27,586 nucleotides of DNA, taken from contig CAYMED010000023.1 in NCBI GenBank assembly GCA_964389655.1, positions 1 through 27,586 of the forward strand, written 5' to 3'. This document shows, in pieces, positions 24,784-27,586 of this stretch. Numbering within the stretch: position 1 is the stretch's first letter; every line of letters starts with the position of its first letter. The notes under the pieces were generated by a model. The model did not search any database. It worked only from the letters and a program-made list of their open reading frames with translations, and was not told the origin of the DNA. The position numbers and the translations under genes were made by a program. The stretch is from an uncultured Candidatus Poseidoniales archaeon (GTDB taxonomy: Archaea; Thermoplasmatota; Poseidoniia; Poseidoniales; CAYMED01).

Positions 24784-26262
24784 ATGGAGACCATAATCGG
24801 CTATTGCGTCCTCCTCGGGACACTTTCATTCTTTGGTTATGTTGGGTTTCGCAATTCTGGAAAAAAGGTCGAAAGGGACGAATACCTCTCCGCAAGGGGG
24901 AGTCAAAAACCCCTTCGTATCGCCCTCAGCCTATTTGCCTCAGGCATGGGAATTTGGGTCCTATTTGGACCACCAGAGGCTGCATTTTGGGGCAATTTTT
25001 GGGATGTTCTTGGTTATGCTGTTGCTTGTGCTTTACCCTTTGTAATCCTAGCCTATTTGGGCCCAGTCATCCGTTCAAAGTTACCAGATGGAGTTACTTT
25101 AGCGGACTATGTTCGGATGCGAATTGGGCGGCCAATGCAAATTTATGTTGGACTTATTTCCATCCTCTATATGTTCACCATTTTGTTTGGAGAATTTACT
25201 GCAATCGGAAAAGCCATGAGCCACCTAACTGGAATGAATGCACTGGTCCCAATGTTGGCCGTTGCATTAATTACAACTGCTTACACAACATACGGCGGAT
25301 TACCTGCATCCTTGCGGACAGACCGCTGGCAGGCATGGGTTGTAATTTGGCTCATCACAGTACTCTTCCTAATTTTATTCGGGTCCAACTTTGGTGAATT
25401 AATGAAAAATGCAAGGGCATTCAATTCATGGGGAGAATATGGGTCAATATCCCACTTCAGTTGGGCCTCTGCCGCATCCGGCTTTGCATTGGTAGTTGCC
25501 ATCACCTCAGCGGAAATGTTTTCACAAGGAAATTGGCAAAGAGCCTATGCTTCAGAAGATGATAAGGCACTCAAGAAAGGGGCCTTATTGGCAGCAGCAT
25601 TGGTATTCCCCCTCATTTTCACCATGGGATTCCTTGGAACCGTTGTCTCCGGGCAAGATGTAAATGCAGACCCCACCATTGCGTTTTTCCTATTAATCGA
25701 CGATATTGGCATCATAATTACTGCTGCTTTTATCGTACTTGTTATTGCCCTTGTTTGTTCAAGTGCAGACACATTGCAAAATGCAATTGTTGCATCAATA
25801 TGTCGTGACCTAGCTGATGGGAAAATGGAATTGAAGCATGCTAGAATTGCAACGCTTAGTCTCATCCCTATTGCGGTTTGGTTTGCAACTAGCCCTACGG
25901 TTGGGCCATTTAGCGTGAATGCAACAAGCGTGTTCGCAATTTTCCTATTTGCCGACTTGTTGGCAACAGCAACTGTCGCGCCCATTTTCCTTAGCATACA
26001 CTCGAAGATCTCTTCGAGAAGTTGCCTTTTCGGAGCATTTGGAGGCATAATTTCAGTGATATTATATGGATGCTTTACTGCAGACTTATCTACTGGGATA
26101 CACTACATTTGGTCACCCACAAATGAATATGGGCTTGCAAATTTAGGGGTCTTTTTATCTGCCTTAATTGGGTCAATAATATTCTGCCTTTTCACAAATT
26201 TAACCACCTTAGCCAATGAAAGCAACCGCACCAATACCCAAGACCCACATCAAGAAGAATGA
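24784..26262 (+). CDS. Sodium:solute symporter (SSS family), possibly for thiamine or a precursor
   Basis: Many TM helices with YLSARG, YGGLPASLRTD, WQRAYA and CSSADT. The substrate is inferred only from adjacency to the ThiR-like gene. Confidence 0.9.
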   Translation: METIIGYCVLLGTLSFFGYVGFRNSGKKVERDEYLSARGSQKPLRIALSLFASGMGIWVLFGPPEAAFWGNFWDVLGYAVACALPFVILAYLGPVIRSKLPDGVTLADYVRMRIGRPMQIYVGLISILYMFTILFGEFTAIGKAMSHLTGMNALVPMLAVALITTAYTTYGGLPASLRTDRWQAWVVIWLITVLFLILFGSNFGELMKNARAFNSWGEYGSISHFSWASAASGFALVVAITSAEMFSQGNWQRAYASEDDKALKKGALLAAALVFPLIFTMGFLGTVVSGQDVNADPTIAFFLLIDDIGIIITAAFIVLVIALVCSSADTLQNAIVASICRDLADGKMELKHARIATLSLIPIAVWFATSPTVGPFSVNATSVFAIFLFADLLATATVAPIFLSIHSKISSRSCLFGAFGGIISVILYGCFTADLSTGIHYIWSPTNEYGLANLGVFLSALIGSIIFCLFTNLTTLANESNRTNTQDPHQEE

Positions 26263-27020
26263 AGGAGAGGGCCATTATGGGATATTTTCTCGCACCGTGG
26301 GGCATTCTTCGACCCATTTGGAAACCTGTTTGGAAAATGAGACACAATCACCCTTGGGTCTTGCAGGTACTCATTCCGATAGCAATGGTCTTCACACTAA
26401 CTTGTTGCTATGCCTTGTCAAATTACTGGTCGTCATTGCGGAATCCATCATCCGCACCTGAAATCGGTTTTCTTGAATCAATGGCTCCAAATCGATGGAC
26501 AATAATTATCTATGCATTATATTACCCATATCTCATTGCAAATTTAATGTGGCCATCTTCCAATGACCGTAAAAGGTTGCACAAAATATCATTATTTGGC
26601 GCACTCACACTGACCTTCGCAATCACATTTTCAATATGGATCATCGCGCCTGCTAGAGTTATCGGATGGAATGATGCTGCTTGGGGGTATAATTCACGTG
26701 GAGATTTATTAGATCATGCTTGGAACTTACTCCTAGTACTAGACCAGCCCTACAACTCATGGCCATCCTTGCACGCATCTGCTTCTTGCCTTCTTGGAGT
26801 ATACACGCACCACCACCTAAATGGAACGTATCTAGGCGCCCTAAACATGGCATTGATTGTATCAATTGTTTTTTCAACCATCACAACAGGCCAGCATGGC
26901 CTCTTTGAAGCAATTACTGGCGTAACCCTAGGACTGGGAGTTGGCATCTTTATGCTACGCCCAATCCAGCACTATATTGATGGAGAAGAAGAGAAAATAC
27001 TCAGGCAATACATGAGATGA
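26259..27020 (+). CDS. PAP2-superfamily membrane phosphatase/phosphotransferase
   Basis: PAR, NSWPSLH and QHGLFEAITG motifs among TM helices; ATGA overlap with the SSS stop codon. Confidence 0.85.
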   Translation: MKERAIMGYFLAPWGILRPIWKPVWKMRHNHPWVLQVLIPIAMVFTLTCCYALSNYWSSLRNPSSAPEIGFLESMAPNRWTIIIYALYYPYLIANLMWPSSNDRKRLHKISLFGALTLTFAITFSIWIIAPARVIGWNDAAWGYNSRGDLLDHAWNLLLVLDQPYNSWPSLHASASCLLGVYTHHHLNGTYLGALNMALIVSIVFSTITTGQHGLFEAITGVTLGLGVGIFMLRPIQHYIDGEEEKILRQYMR

Positions 27021-27071
27021 AACTGCACTTGCTGCGGCAATATTGATGCCTATTGCCATAGGGCGCAGCAT

Positions 27072-27458
27072 ATGCTGGAGGAAGGAGGAGAGCCTCGCGG
27101 TTGCCATGTTGCGTGTGACCTTTCGGGGCTTGTAGAGGATCCAAAGCAATTTATGAATTGGATCCTTGAACGCGCGAGAAGAAGGTTAGATGATGCTGGT
27201 ATTCACCGCCTAGGGGAGGTCTCAAAGGTCATCGACCAAAGTCAGAGAAACACACCACCTGGATTTGCTGCTGCAATAATTATTGATGAATCACACTTCA
27301 CCGCACACGCGTATACTGAAATGGGACACCTATCACTAGACCTATTTACTTGTGGAAGTACAGACCCTAGGCCCGTCCTTGAGGGATTAATCGAAGACCT
27401 CAGGGAGAGGCACCCGGGACTAGAGATGGTACGCTGGTTTGAGACCCCTAGATTCTAA
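27072..27458 (+). CDS. speD: Pyruvoyl-dependent S-adenosylmethionine decarboxylase-family proenzyme
   Basis: GCHVACDL, the IIDE|SHFTAH self-cleavage motif and DLFTCG; 128 aa. Confidence 0.85.
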   Translation: MLEEGGEPRGCHVACDLSGLVEDPKQFMNWILERARRRLDDAGIHRLGEVSKVIDQSQRNTPPGFAAAIIIDESHFTAHAYTEMGHLSLDLFTCGSTDPRPVLEGLIEDLRERHPGLEMVRWFETPRF

Positions 27459-27531
27459 ATCATGATCATTTGCATCCACCACAACTGACCACACAGAATA
27501 AGACAGAGGCCTATGGACTATGACGCAGCCT

Positions 27532-27586
27532 TTACTGCCAGATGACCCATTCACCAGTGCCCTGATCACGATAGTACCACGTACCA
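27532..27586 (-). CDS. C-terminus of a gene entering from the right edge (Trp-rich tail)
   Basis: The minus frame reads ...GTWYYRDQGTGEWVIWQ* with TAA at 27534-27532, a WW-like beta-hairpin pattern. Only 17 codons are visible. Confidence 0.6.
   Translation of the reverse strand, partial: GTWYYRDQGTGEWVIWQ

Overview
Core chromosomal segment of an archaeon. Gene content and protein motifs point to Thermoplasmatota, most likely Marine Group II (Poseidoniales); this is an inference, not a database assignment. From left to right: a truncated tRNA-Ala(UGC), a divergent TFB, purA, a small Zn-binding protein, a degenerate MBL-fold protein, rpl40e (missed by the ORF track), cytidine deaminase, UPF0147, an A24 prepilin/archaellin peptidase, LonB, two ~1200-aa membrane-anchored Ig-like surface proteins flanking trmI, a bacterial-type metK, aspS, an S8 lipoprotein protease, an LLM-SDR-formyltransferase group, an M23 peptidase, a ThiR-SSS transporter-PAP2-SpeD-like run, and the Trp-rich C-terminus of a gene entering from the right edge. 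I found no CRISPR array, transposase, integrase or rRNA. The best leads are: (i) the 22.1-24.2 kb zone, where an M23 peptidase sits in a patch of strand-specific A/C skew with many homopolymer runs; (ii) a candidate ThiR-controlled uptake operon with paired TATC-N2-GATA palindromes and a C10 tract; (iii) short Trp/Pro-rich or Zn-ribbon tails on the surface proteins, which may belong to an uncharacterised sorting or interaction system.
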